Notes: a model not told the origin generated them from the sequence alone. A stretch of 64,000 nucleotides of DNA from Eledone cirrhosa (GCA_964016885.1 OZ024741.1:87854001-87918000), one strand, 5' to 3'; positions 27,352-40,910 are shown, numbered from the stretch's first letter. Translations and numbers: made by a program.

Positions 27352-27686
27352 ATATTTGTACGTCTCTTAGACAGCCAGTGATTTGAATGAAGAAAACAAA
27401 GAAAATAAATTAAAGAAGCTTGTCAACGAATTCCCTAGGGAGATAAAAGAAAATCAAAAGAAATCAAAGACAATGAAAGTAAGGTCTACTTCAACGGAAA
27501 TGACAAGAAGCAATGGTGGTGAACATACACACACACATATATACACACAGAGGCCGGCGTTAGTTTTTGATGTAGTTGAGAACCTGGTCAGCTTTCAGCC
27601 AGAAGTGTGGTATTTAACCTCCCTAGGTAATAAAATCTGGCGACAAAAATGTTCTCCTTACCAAAAAAAGAAGACATAGATCATAT
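27352..27686 (+). repeat. Left arm of an inverted repeat flanking the Naiad family A element (right arm 31172-31546)
   Basis: ATATTTGTACGTCTCTTAGACAGCC...GAAGACATAGATCATAT is reverse-complemented at 31172-31546. Confidence 0.88.
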
Positions 27687-27804
27687 CAACATCCTTACAC
27701 ACTTAAATATAAATGCATGTATATATACAAATGTATAAATGCATATCTATATACCTACGTAAATGTATGTATATATGTATGTAGATTTATATATATATAT
27801 ATAT

Positions 27805-30800
27805 ATTTATTAAAATAACAGATTCAAGTTTAAGCAAAGAATAGCTGCTTTCACCCTTAACGGGATCTTCTGAAACTAACAAAGTCAATCTGTAAACGCA
27901 GAAGTGGATATTTCAAAAAACGTTGCAACCGGAGGAAGACAGGAAGACGATACTTTGGTTCGTGGTAACGTTCCCTGGCAAAGAACGGGAAAAAACGAAT
28001 ATACGTCATTAATAGGAGCGGTGAAAAACAATTACGCGCAAAGACAAAACCATGTTTATGGTATAAAAGAGGTCGTAGACTAATGTTCTCTTAGGTGGTT
28101 CATAGAGACGTTCTCTGGCAATGAACGAAAAAAACGAAGATAATACGTCATATGTGGATCGTGGAGAACAATTGCACGCAAAGACAAATCCACGTAAATG
28201 GTATAGCAGAAGTCGTAGACTAAAATTCTAACTATGAGACCGAATGAATCTCCACTTCAGAGTTAAGAACAAAGTAAATAAATACAATACAGAGGTAATA
28301 GAAATTAAATAAATACATACACGCATATAAATACGTACATACACAAGCATACGCGAAAACACTTACCATAGGTATACAAAACCACGCACATATAAATATG
28401 TGTGTGTGTGTATATGCGTGTATACAAATAAATAAATAATTAAGTAATTAAATAAACGTATATAAATAAATAAATACGTATATAGCAAGCGCACACACAT
28501 GCCTACATGTAAATACACAAATGTTCGGAGACGTAAGTCAACCAAAACATGAAGTACACATATACACACACCATACATACGTACGAACCTGCATACTCAC
28601 ACAGACGCAAAACACCCGTATACACATAACCAAACCATATGTACCAGAATATATAAAATTATACGCCATAACATATACAATCAAATATACGTACGAGAAG
28701 GTATACGTACCTTCACAAAACATACGGGTAATATATACTTACCTATGCAAATAAGTAATGGTATAAACAAAACATATACTTAGCTACCACATCAAGACGT
28801 AAAATATCCACATATAGATCGTACTATCCGTTAGGGTATAACGTGGGGCTGTAATACAGGAAAGTTTTGTGCAATTTATGTTTACAAGCCGAAATTGCCT
28901 CAGATTTTTTGTTTAAGATGTGGTCTGTGACGTAGAGTATTTCCAGGGCCTCAGCGGCGCAAAGTTCACATGGTCTTTTATTTCCGTTATACGATCTAGC
29001 CCTATCTAGGATCTCCCAGTGTAACTTATATTGGGTGTGGTTGTCTTTTAGACTCCAGATATAAGCTGAAAGTGACGTCATATTCCTTCTTAGAGGGTAA
29101 CGAAAAGAATGGGTATGCATGTAAAGACGCTGCTTGAATCTATTGACGGTTAACCCTATGTAGGCCCTACGGGACGTGGGTGTTTCAACCTTACATTTGT
29201 AGACAATGTTACTAGAGAGGCATTTCCCGGATAGGGGGCAAACAACCCGATTCCTACAATTACAGTTACTACTAACTACAGGGTTACACGTGTTCCTACG
29301 GCTAGGTAGTTTAGCTAAATTTGAAGCTGTGATGTTATGTGCAAGGTTAGGAGTCGTAGAGTAAGACATTTTAATAGTATTTCTATTAAAAATTTTACGA
29401 TATTTATGTGTAGGGGGAAAATGCTTCGTAATAAGGGAAAGAAAGATCTTAGCTAATTGTGTGGCCACCTCCATATTATATGGTGGGTTATACCAACAAA
29501 TGTGACGGGATCTATTTCTTCTAGGTCTATTTTCGTACTCTGTATATGCTACCTTATCGACAAATCCACTCCGAGCAAGAGCTTCATTGTAATAAGTGGA
29601 ATGGTCGTTGAAAATATGCTCGTTAGTAGATAGACGGGAAAGCCTCAACGGAACCTTTCTTACCAGGTTCTTGGTTATGCTGGCAGGATGGTTGGAATGC
29701 TTACTTATGTAATTAAGCGTATCATTCGGCTTTCTATACGGGTAATACAACCCATTCAATAAATTGAGGGTAACGTCGAGGTAATTAACGACCGAGAGAT
29801 TGGCCTCAACCTGTCTAGAGAGGTTGAAGCCTTTAAAGAAGGCTGTGAGTTCTTTTCTGAACCTGTCGCAAGCACGAGGTCCGCACTTAGTCATGGTCAA
29901 AAGACCATCATCACGGTACAAACCACCGCCTGCGTTGGGGAATTCGTCCTTGATAGAGAAAAGTAACCTCCGCAGAATCGCTGGCGCCCATACTCACGTC
30001 GAATGGGGTACTATTGGATTGTTTAATCCAAATAGAGTCGTCGAAATTAATCACCGACTTACGGGCATTGAGGATGACATCAACTTCGAAATCCTTAACC
30101 ACTGTGGGTGTTTTAGCGAAATTGATAGCTCTAAGGAGAAGTGGTAAAGTGATGGAGGAGTAGTAATTGTTGATGTCAAATTGGATAAAACGGCAATGTT
30201 CCTTGTTACATATGCCGTAGAACCAATCAATCACCGCGAAAGAATTGTTCCATAGTGCAAGAGGAGCCAGACTTCTAATTTCAGGTAAAATTCTATCAAG
30301 AATCGTTTTACTAAGTCTACCTAAATCGGACTTCGTATGGTTAATAAGCCGAATAGAGGGGTTGTTCGGAAAATTGGATTTGTGATCCTTCAGGGTAAAG
30401 TGGGGAGAAATAGGGTCCGGAGGTTCGGTCCGGTCCAGGATGTTGAGATCAGATGTGATTTTAAACCCAGCATCGTTGATTTCATTGATGACGGACCGAT
30501 TAGTTTTACGGTAATCCTTAGTTACAACATTATGTAGTAGTTGATGGTAAGTAATGCGCTCCACTTGATATAGGTTGCCAGTTTTGTCGGAATGGACGTG
30601 CACGGCATTAGAATCCTTAATAGAACGAATTCTATTCTTCAGGTCTTGCTGGAAGGAATTGCTCCTATTCCGAAATTTGATACTCCGTATGAGTTCCAAG
30701 ACATCATTTTCGAAGGGTAGCAATGCTGGGTTACACGGGGGGTTATTATAGGTTTTAAACCCAAATTTATCCTGTTTGTTGTCTGCTTTCCGCGGATTAT

Positions 30801-31140
30801 CGAAATAAAAGGCACGCCAACGCAACCTTTTAATGAACGCGTCTATTTTCTGTATCAGGAGTTTTAGGTATGTTTTCCTGCTTGGTACGGGTATGTTCTT
30901 TGTAGAAATATTCAGATGTTGTTTCTGCATGATGAATATAAGTCAATAGAGTGCTCAACCGAGGGAGCCAATTTGTTAGTTTCAGAAGATCCCGTTAAGG
31001 GTGAAAGCAGCGATTCTTTGCTTAAACTTTAATCTGTTATTTTAATAAATATTTGCTCTACGGTTCTTATATATTTGATATATATTTATCCTTATCGAGC
31101 CCTCTTTGGATTTTAGTCTTCAAATTTATTATTATTACTA
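27805..31140 (-). mobile_element. Near full-length Naiad-type PLE family A with a 3' terminal repeat and an inverted 5' terminal repeat
   Basis: ORF 30930 to 28824; terminal repeat at 27810-28225 (minus) and an inverted copy at 30973-31140 (plus); both ends in (TA)n. Confidence 0.92.
28824..30930 (-). pseudogene. Naiad RT + GIY-YIG polyprotein disrupted by a small deletion/frameshift near 29960
   Basis: KNIPVPS..FIKRLRWRA, SDKTGNLY, FIQFDI, YRDD, CNCRNRVVCPL, IVYKC..YIG, CELC, CKH. The DLIGLFLL segment present in the copy at 1055-1080 is missing here. Confidence 0.92.
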
Positions 31141-31171
31141 TATATATATATATATATGTGTATATATATAT

Positions 31172-31546
31172 ATATGATCTATGTCTTCTTTTTTTGGTAA
31201 GGAGAACATTTTTGTCGCCAGATTTTATTACCTAGGGAGGTTAAATACCACACTTCTGGCTGAAAGCTGACCAGGTTCTCAACTTCATCAAACACTAATG
31301 CCGACCTGTGTGTGTATATATGTGTGTGTGTGTATGTATGTGTATATATGTGTGTGTGTATGTTCACCACCATTGCTTCTTCTTGACATTTCTGTTGAAG
31401 TAGACCTTACTTTCATTCTCTTTGATTTCTTTTGATTTTCTTTTATCTCCCTAGGGAATTCGTTGACAAGCTTCTTTAATTTATTTTCTTTGTTTTCTTT
31501 GCTTTCTTCATTCAAATCACTGGCTGTCTAAGAGACGTACAAATAT
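31172..31546 (-). repeat. Right arm of the inverted repeat (partner of 27352-27686)
   Basis: Reverse complement of the left arm with small indels. Confidence 0.88.
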
Positions 31547-31610
31547 ATATATATATATAAATATAAAAGAGAAAACACAGGTAAGCATTAAGAGAAGGAT
31601 TTAATCCAGG

Positions 31611-31712
31611 TATTTACGACCGTTTCATTGGTAAGTGCAACCTTATATTGCTATACTGCAAATAGCAGCCACTCAATTATAATTGTTGTTCATAGTCCAA
31701 ATTTTCAAAATA
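31611..31712 (-). ncRNA. Variant hammerhead (UUGAAAA core, long stem II), inverted copy
   Basis: Minus strand: TATT TTGAAAA TTTGG..N~65..CCAAT GAAA CGGTCG TA AATA. Confidence 0.6.
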
Positions 31713-32213
31713 GTGAGTTACTCTTGAAATAATTCTTAATATATAGAGAAAAACATTTATTTGGAATTGTATTTACTAGTATAGAGAGAGAGGAATCAGG
31801 AGGTGAGGGGACAGACGGCATAGTATAGAGAGAGAGGAAGGAGGAAGAGGTAGGAAGTAGAATGACAAACTGAGGTGGTTACTCAACAATAAAATTGAGA
31901 GATCAATTTATTGTAACCATAGACTCAAAGAGAAATTTTCGCACTACAAATCGAACCCTTAACCTCTTACTACCAACTGACAAACTGCATATACTTAGAC
32001 TTTATACCCTCTTATATCTAGACCCTTTAATTAGCCACAAAACCAATACATATACCCCCCCCCCCTTCTCCCTCATTCCTCTTCTATTTCTTCGTTTTCT
32101 TCCTTCCTTCCCCCTTCTTGGCTATCTTTTCTTTTCTTCCTTCTCACCCCCTTCTTTGCTTTTATTTTTGTCATTATTATCTTTATTTTTATTTTTTTAT
32201 ATATATATATATG

Positions 32214-32244
<31 letters not shown>

Positions 32245-32340
32245 ATGTATATGTATATATGTATATATGTATATATATGTATATGTGTATGTGTATGTAT
32301 ATATATATATATATATATGTGTATATATATATATATATAT

Positions 32341-33256
32341 AGTGTGGACATAGCACCTGTTGATTATAAATCTCATTTGAGCATTTGATTGTTGTGATAT
32401 GGCTAACTGTAACACTTAAGGCGTTCGTGTGCCCCGGATATATTCAAGAAATATATTCAAAAAATATATATCTTATCTCACTTTACTTTATTTTATTTTA
32501 TTTCATTGTATTTTATTTTATATAATTTTATTTTATTTTATTCTTTACCCTTTATCTCTATTATCTGTATATTTTATATATATATTTTTTATATTTTTTA
32601 TATATATTATTTGTCTATTTTTTATCTATTTTTTATCTATTTTTATCTACTCCTATCTATCTTATCTATTCTTGTCTATTCCTTATCTATTCTCTATCTC
32701 TTATCCATGGTTAATCTATTTTTATCTATGGTTAATCTATTTTTATCCTTTGTTTATCTTACTTTTACCCATTGTATTTTTACCCATTGTATATCCACCA
32801 TTCATCTCTTAGCTTTTGCATACTCGTCCATGATATGTTATTTGTATTAGTCTATACTATATGTGTTGCATATGGCTGCCTGTTGTGTGGTTGCATGCGG
32901 GTGCTCATGCTTATGCGTATGCTTATATGTAACTGTATGTTAACAGCACCCTGCCCAACAGTGACTGATAGCACCTCTTATTTTTCAATGCTTATTTTTC
33001 AATGTTTATTTTTTATTTTTTCAATGTCTTGGATTTGTTATTGCTTGTGTAATATGTAATCACTCTTTATGCTCTGATGAGTCCCACTTATAGTGTGGAC
33101 GAAACACTGTTAGCAAGTAAAGATATACCTATGCTCTAAGCGTTCTTTGTTGTTAATTATATTACGGCTCTGTCCTCAGACATCGAGCTAACCTTATACT
33201 GCCTATTGGATAAGTGGAGTGTTACACACTCCTGATCCTCTCCCTTATATACTATA
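32341..33256 (+). repeat. 5' pseudo-LTR of family E
   Basis: Direct repeat of 37190-38105 (offset 4849). Confidence 0.95.
33070..33115 (+). ncRNA. Type I hammerhead ribozyme in the 5' pseudo-LTR
   Basis: TGCT CTGATGA GTCC CAC ttata GTG t GGAC GAAA C act G TT AGCA. Stem I extends with TCTTTA/TAAAGA; GUU triplet. Confidence 0.92.
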
Positions 33257-33324
33257 CGGCTCCCATTGGTTGAGCTTAAACTTTGATATACGAGAATTTG
33301 TATCCTTGTATATTATCAGGCAGT

Positions 33325-34959
33325 ATGCTAACAAAGACATACTTACCCATTTCTTTGAAGAATATTCCCACCCCCTCTAAAATCTCATATGAGAAATTAC
33401 TGATAACTAGCATAAATTCCTTCGTAAAACGTGTTCGGTGGCGTGCGTTCCATTTTGATAAGAAGTATGATAGCCCTGAAGATAAGCGTAGTTTTAATAT
33501 TTATGGCTTTAAGACATATAGGAGCCCCCCGCATAATAGCCTATTGGATAATTTCGAAAGTGAGCTATTATCCCTTGTTAGGAATATTAGGTATAAAAAA
33601 TCTAGATGTACCAATAAATTTCAGAGTAAACTAAGTTCCATCGTTAGGGACTTTAGGGATAATAAATCCATTCTGGTCCCCTCTGATAAAACTAAAAACT
33701 TGTATAGTATGGATTATAATACCTATCGCGGCTTCATTTATAATGAACTACATAGGAACTACAAAAAAACAACGCAGAGTAATTTAGATAATATTAATCT
33801 GGAGGGGTATAACATAGTGGTAAAATTAGGTCTTGATAAACACACTCAACCATATTACCCCAAGCAGCCTAGATTCACCCTCAAGGACCATAAGGAAAAT
33901 TTTATTAGCAGACCCTCAGTTAGGCTTATCTGCCCCTCCAAGTCTGATCTGGGGATTATTAGTAAGGGAATCCTAGATAGCGTTATTCCCCTGGTTAGAG
34001 AAAAAACTTTCCTTGAGCTTTGGGGTAACACTAGTGAAGTCATTAGGTGGTTCTCTACGGATTGTGGTCGTGACTCACTCAGGTTCATCCAATTTGATAT
34101 TGATGCTTATTATACATCTATATCTCCTATTATCCTCAATAAGGCCCTTATCCTAGCCATGCAGAGAGGGGCAATTACACGGCCACAGATAGATATTGTT
34201 CTCGCTGCACGTAAAACCATCATCATGTTTGAGGATAATCTATGGACGAGAAAAAACACACCGGATAATTTTGACATTACTATGGGGTCAAGTGATTCTG
34301 CTCAGGTCACCGACTTAGTTGGGCTATACCTCCTCAATGAACTACATAGTAACTTCCCATTCCTTAGGGGTGGGTTGTACCGGGATGACGCCCTAATCTC
34401 CATAGATACTAGTAAGTATAATATAGTGCGCATTAGGAAAAAGCTGCATAGTTTCTTTAAAACCTTTAATCTGTCCATTACTATGGATATAAATGATAGA
34501 ACTGTTAACTTCCTTGATGTTACATTAGACTTGGATAACCATACGTACACACCGTACCATAAGCCTAATGAATTGCTGACTTACGTGAATACCAACTCTA
34601 ACCACCCTAGGTCGGTCATCAGTGGTATATTGAAGGGCGTATCTAACAGAATAAGTTCACTCTCACATAGTGAAGAGGCGTTTAACTCGCAGGCTGATTA
34701 CTATAATGATGCCTTAGCTAGATCCGGCTTTAGGGACAAATTGCATTATACCCAGGGAAATAATAGTCCTAATAGTAGCTCTACCAGTGTTGTTATAACA
34801 CATAATATGTCCATTGGTAATAGAGGTGTCTCGAATAGGAGGGTTCTAAATGCCGGTGAAATGAACCAGCAGGATACCATTAGTCTAAGTAATAGCAATG
34901 GTAGGCCTCGCAGCTCCCCGCATAAATTAGGTGAGCATAGTAACCGTAGAAATAATAAT

Positions 34960-34994
<35 letters not shown>

Positions 34995-35760
34995 TGGAAA
35001 TAAAAAGAATAGAAGAAGATTGAATACATATTTCAACCCCCCTTTTAACTCTGAAGTGGCTATAAATATTCCTAGGGCCTTCTTCTCTGTGTTAGAAAGG
35101 AACTTCCCTCCTGGTAATAGGTACCACTCTATCCTCAATAAGAATGTTGTTAAACTTTCGTATTCTACAACCCAAAATCTGGCCTCTCATCTAGCCAATA
35201 CTAATAATAGGAAAATAAAGGAAGGCCTGGACAACCTAAGCCTAGGGGAAAACACGGTAGTGGACAGAGGGAGCCTGGACACACGTGGTCAGCGAGCTGG
35301 TGATCATTCTGAGAATAGCATCACCAGAAATTGTAACTGTAGAAGGGCTTCGGGCTGCCCCCTGAATGGTTTCTGCCTTATTAGAAACATAGTTTACGCG
35401 TGTGATGTGGTAACTACGGCGTCCACTAAAACTTATATAGGATCAACTTCCACCCCCTTTAAGACCAGGTTTAACTCTCACCAGTGCACTTTTAGACACA
35501 ATAAACTGAGGAATTCCACCTCCTTGGCAGCGTACGTCCACAATTTAAAAAATGCACGAACACATTACACCCTCACTTGGCGGCAGGTTGCTAAATCCCA
35601 TCCATATACTCCTCATAATAGAGTATGTAACCTATGCCTTGCTGAATCCCACTCTATTATATTTGCTAAATGCTCTCTACTAAACAGAAAGTCAGAAATA
35701 TTTTCCTCTTGCCCCCACCGAATATTAAGCTCTTTCTTCTACTTTAAACCTATTAGCTAG
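33325..35760 (+). CDS. Naiad PLE polyprotein: reverse transcriptase + GIY-YIG endonuclease (811 aa from the first ATG; frame open from 33283)
   Basis: LKNIPTPS..FVKRVRWRA, SDKTKNLY, FIQFDI, MGSSDSAQVTDL, YRDD, FLDVTL, FNPPF, CNCRRASGCPL, IVYAC..YIG, CNLCLAE, CPHR; no stops. Confidence 0.95.
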
Positions 35761-37189
35761 CACTTTCTTAATTCTCCAGTTGGGCTATCTTGTGTAACTG
35801 TCTCTTATTGTGTGTAATTGTTTCCTATTGTTTGTCTTCTATGTATATGAGTCTGTGTGTGTATATGTATGCCTGCGGGAGAATAGTGATCTGGATATTG
35901 AGGTGTACAGGTGAGTTGGTGTGTATGTTAATAAGCACCCCTGTTTGGCACAATGGATGTGACCCATCCACGCTCGCCTAGCCACCCTTAGTGCATTGGT
36001 GGGTCTATCCCAACGTGTATTTTACGGATCTGTACCTCTGTATGCGCATGAGTTATGATGTAATATATCTATGTAGAGCGTGTACTGCGCTATAAGTTGC
36101 ACAAATGGAAATCTAGTCTGTAACTGTGAGCGGACCTGTGCCATCTCGCCGTGAGCAGTAGATACGTAGCACGTGCACGTGTTACCCTCCTATTCTGTGG
36201 TTTAAGATCTACAGGCTGACTTCGGAGAGCTCTTGCCCGGTGTTGTAGTCTTTCTAGCACAATCGGCCTTCCATATATTGACGGTCGTTGTTATTATCCC
36301 AAAAGTAACGTTTTGGCCCCGATAGCCCTCCGTAGTTATTAACGGTCTGTTTACACTTGAATCGGGCGACTACACGTGTGGACATGCATCTCTTCGTAAG
36401 AATTTACTTTGATTAATTTTGCTGCATCTCCTCGTAAGAATTTATTTTGAATGTATTATCTGTGACCAGTGTGAGCGACTGTGGTGGGTTCTGCCTTTGT
36501 TGGCCTAATGTGATATTTCTGTGTATTATATCCGCTTTGACCCGGGTGTCCTACGCTGTGTGTGTGTGCGTGTGTGTCTGTATATACATTTATATGTGTA
36601 TGGGTGTAGGTGGTTGTATATGTCTATATATAAATATATATATATATGTATACCGTCTCTGCATATGCATGTGGTGTGTGTATATGCATATACGTACTAA
36701 CCATATTGTTGTGTATAATCTTGGGATGCCTCAATGTTGTGATTTCATGGATATTGGCTTTTTAAGCTATTTTTTATATTTTTTATATGCGCTGTTGAGT
36801 ATGCATATTAACCCGCCTAACCCAACTGTATTTGCTTGCTTTCGGCTAGCCCACCTGCACTTGCTTGCTTTCGGCCCACTTATCTGCCTCTTGATGTTCA
36901 TGTTGATGTAAACGATTTTGCTTGCTACCTTGTGACGTTGTGACACTCAGTTATCTGCCCATGGATGTTCCTGCTGCTGCATGTGAATTTACCTACCTTC
37001 CTTGCATACGTCCTTACTAGTGATGTGGATATACCTCTGTTGACCAATAGATTCCTGCCCGAGTGTGAACCTCTTGTGATTGCCCCACCGCTCAACTGTG
37101 TGAATGCACACCCGTGACTTTCGAGTGTGAACTTCTGTGACTGCCCAACCTGGGATGTCTCCATTGCATTGCAATGGTCAACTCAATCG

Positions 37190-38105
37190 AGTGTGGACAT
37201 AGCACCTGTTGATTATAAATCTCATTTGAGCATTTGATTGTTGTGATATGGCTAACTGTAACACTTAAGGCGTTCGTGTGCCCCGGATATATTCAAGAAA
37301 TATATTCAAAAAATATATATCTTATCTCACTTTACTTTATTTTATTTTATTTCATTGTATTTTATTTTATATAATTTTATTTTATTTTATTCTTTACCCT
37401 TTATCTCTATTATCTGTATATTTTATATATATATTTTTTATATTTTTTATATATATTATTTGTCTATTTTTTATCTATTTTTTATCTATTTTTATCTACT
37501 CCTATCTATCTTATCTATTCTTGTCTATTCCTTATCTATTCTCTATCTCTTATCCATGGTTAATCTATTTTTATCTATGGTTAATCTATTTTTATCCTTT
37601 GTTTATCTTACTTTTACCCATTGTATTTTTACCCATTGTATATCCACCATTCATCTCTTAGCTTTTGCATACTCGTCCATGATATGTTATTTGTATTAGT
37701 CTATACTATATGTGTTGCATATGGCTGCCTGTTGTGTGGTTGCATGCGGGTGCTCATGCTTATGCGTATGCTTATATGTAACTGTATGTTAACAGCACCC
37801 TGCCCAACTGTGACTGATAGCACCTCTTATTTTTCAATGCTTATTTTTCAATGTTTATTTTTTATTTCTTCAATGTCTTGGATTTGTTATTGCTTGTGTA
37901 ATATGTAATCACTCTTTATGCTCTGATGAGTCCCACTTATAGTGTGGACGAAACACTGTTAGCAAGTAAAGATATACCTATGCTCTAAGCGTTCTTTGTT
38001 GTTAATTATATTACGGCTCTGTCCTCAGACATCGAGCTAACCTTATACTGCCTATTGGATAAGTGGAGTGTTACACACTCCTGATCCTCTCCCTTATATA
38101 CTATA
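37190..38105 (+). repeat. 3' pseudo-LTR of family E
   Basis: Direct repeat of 32341-33256; ends in (TA)n. Confidence 0.95.
37919..37964 (+). ncRNA. Type I hammerhead ribozyme in the 3' pseudo-LTR
   Basis: Identical to 33070-33115. Confidence 0.92.
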
Positions 38106-38440
38106 TATATATATATATATTTATCTCTTTATATCTTCCCCCCCTCTCTCTCTCTCCCTCTCTATCCATCCCTCCCACTATTATCTATTTAATTCTCTTT
38201 AACTCACTACACTCCACGACATGATGTCTGCTATCAAAACTGACCAAAGAATCCTTCCACCTCTACCCCTACCTCCACCTCAGTTTGTCATTCTACTTCC
38301 TACCTCTTCCCCCTTCCTCTCTCTCTATACTATGCCGTCTGTCCCCTCACCTCCTGATTCCTCTCTCTCTATACTAGTAAATACAATTCCAAATAAATGT
38401 TTTTCTCTATATATTAAGAATTATTTCAAGAGTAAACCAC

Positions 38441-38542
38441 TATTTTGAAAATTTGAACTGTGAACAACAATTATAATTGAGTGGCTGCTATTTGCAGTAT
38501 AGCAATATAAGGTTGCACTTACCAATGAAACGGTCGTAAATA
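38441..38542 (+). ncRNA. Variant hammerhead (UUGAAAA core, long stem II) in the family D terminal repeat
   Basis: TATT TTGAAAA TTTG..CAAT GAAA CGGTCG TA AATA. Stem III ACG/CGT, GUA triplet, stem I TATT/AATA. Confidence 0.6.
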
Positions 38543-38934
38543 CCTGGATTAAATCCTTCTCTTAATGCTTACCTGTGTTTTCTCTTTTATACTTTATACT
38601 CCAAGATTGAACGAAATTCTTACAAACTTGTGGAGTTACCCCTAACCGTACGTTGAAACCATCCATGAAACTGGCTTTCTTAACCAAAAACTGGATCACA
38701 ATAAGCAATTTTTTGCTTCTCTAACTATATATATAAATATATATATTGGTAAACGGAATAGAAAATGCTGACAAATTGTTCACAGTGAAAAATAGTTTAA
38801 TTAGGAATAAGTGAGAATTGGTAATTGTATTGGTTAGTATTCAGTTTTGGTTTTAAGTTTTACCGGTTGCGCATTTCTAATGCTTTTCAAAAATAATTTT
38901 GAGATAGAGCGTCCGTGATGTTTGCTCTGATCTA

Positions 38935-39304
<370 letters not shown>

Positions 39305-39305
<1 letters not shown>

Positions 39306-39915
39306 GGTGGCTGCCAACTCGTTTTCGAGTACGGCCACTACTTTATATCCATGTAGGAGAACCCTACCGATGCGCTGAATGTGTGTGACTTTTTAGTCCA
39401 GCCAGCGACTTGAAAACTCTGGTACAAACACTACACTTGTGACAATTACTGACACATAGTGCTGTGCCCATGGTACCATGTGACGACAAGTGCAGAGAGA
39501 TCTCCAGATATAAAGCAATGCCTGTGCTGTGAAGCTTTTATAGTGAGCAAAGGCACTGCACAAAGCCAGTCCCACTCTCTTAACCAAGATGATATTTACC
39601 AAAAAGAAGAACAAGTCAACATCATTGGATACCATCAGGGTTGCAGGTGTTATATCAGAGTTTTCCTTCTCCTAGAATTCTGCCTTGACAAAGGCTAAGG
39701 GGTCATCTCTCCCGGTGATTTTGGATGGCCATTGACTCTTAAGAGCTCCTTTTCCCTTTGACAGGTTTTGTTTTTAGTCCTGCAGGATGTCCAAAGTCAC
39801 CCTCCTCACCAAGAAACCTTGGTGGGGTTGCCAGTTTAGTCGCCAACCACCCGACCATGAGACAGGTTGTACTGGGATACATGTTACCAGTAGCACCAAC
39901 TGGTGACCTGACATA
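39305..39915. mobile_element. Unclassified insertion of about 610 bp in a (TACA)n tract
   Basis: Interrupts sequence that is contiguous in the inverted copy at 27693-27800; more GC-rich than its flanks. Confidence 0.4.
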
Positions 39916-40005
39916 AACATACATACATACATTTACGTATGTATATAGCTATGCATTTATACATTTGTATATATATACATGCATTTATATTTAAGTGTGT
40001 AAGGT

Positions 40006-40066
<61 letters not shown>

Positions 40067-40067
40067 T

Positions 40068-40170
<103 letters not shown>

Positions 40171-40554
40171 GCAGTGTGACAAGAAGCTTGTTTCCCAACC
40201 ACATATTTCCGGGTTCAGTCCTACTGGCCGAGCCGACCAAAACCCTGCGAGTGGATTTGATAGATCGAAACTAAAAGAAGCCCGTCGTATATATGTATAT
40301 ATGTCTGTGTGTGTCTTTGCGTTTGTGTTTGCCCTCCCGCCAATGCTTGTTGGTTTGTTAACGTCCCCATAACTTACCAAGGTGATGCTCCAGCATGGGC
40401 GTAGTCCAGAGACAGAAAAAAAGTAAAATATATATGTGTGTGTGTGTAGAAGAGGGGTCTCAAACTCAAGAACACAAAAGGGCTATTACCTTCCTGGAGG
40501 AGAGGCACAGTGGGCCAAACGTGGTGGTGGGTTAAAATGTTCACCAGTTATAAT

Positions 40555-40772
40555 CATTTCTACTATAGGAACAAGGCATGAAATTTGGGGTTTAGGGTTC
40601 AGTCGATTGCATCGATCCTGATCCTAGTACACAACTGGTACTTAATTCATCGACCCCAAAAGGATGTAAGGCAAAGTTGAGATCGGCGGAATTTGAAGTC
40701 AGAACGTAAAAACGGAAGAAGTACTGTTAAGCATTTAGTCAGATGTGCTAACGATTCCACCAGCTCGCCGCC
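40555..40772 (-). mobile_element. tRNA-derived SINE
   Basis: CTGGTACTTAATTCATCGACCCCAAAAGGATGTAAGGCAAAG..GGAATTTGAAGTCAGA. Confidence 0.75.
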
Positions 40773-40910
40773 TTATTTTCACCAGTTATAATGCGATATG
40801 AAATATTGGTTCTACCACGGGCCACAGATAAGTAGTTCACGGGCCGCATGTGTGAGCCCCCTGTTGGAGATAAATATATAGATAGATAGATAAATAGATA
40901 GATAGATAGA

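Larger units (their letters stand above)
32341..38105 (+). mobile_element. Full-length, apparently intact Naiad-type PLE (family E)
   Basis: Uninterrupted ORF between two 916-bp direct repeats in which I could find only 2 differences; inserted in (TA)n. Confidence 0.95.
31561..38725 (+). mobile_element. Older, heavily 5'-truncated Naiad (family D) with an inverted 5' terminal repeat, split by the nested family E element
   Basis: 31561-31878 is the reverse complement of 38275-38591. 31879-31962 translates LLNNKIERSIYCNHRLKEKFSHYKSNP*, a Naiad C-terminus (LLN..SE....C.HR). Confidence 0.8.

Noticed and set aside
27383-27679. 98-aa K/E-rich ORF duplicated in the inverted arm, as a possible host gene
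   Set aside because: The reading frame is not preserved between arms, it contains a microsatellite, and no domain is recognisable.
32338-32349. TATAGTGTGGAC at the element's 5' junction equals part of hammerhead stem II (33089-33100)
   Set aside because: The first bases come from the TA target and the 3' copy reads TCGAGTGTGGAC, so the match is probably coincidental.
35760-35950. SECIS in the intact Naiad E 3' UTR
   Set aside because: The ORF has no in-frame TGA and I see no convincing AUGA..AA..GA stem-loop.
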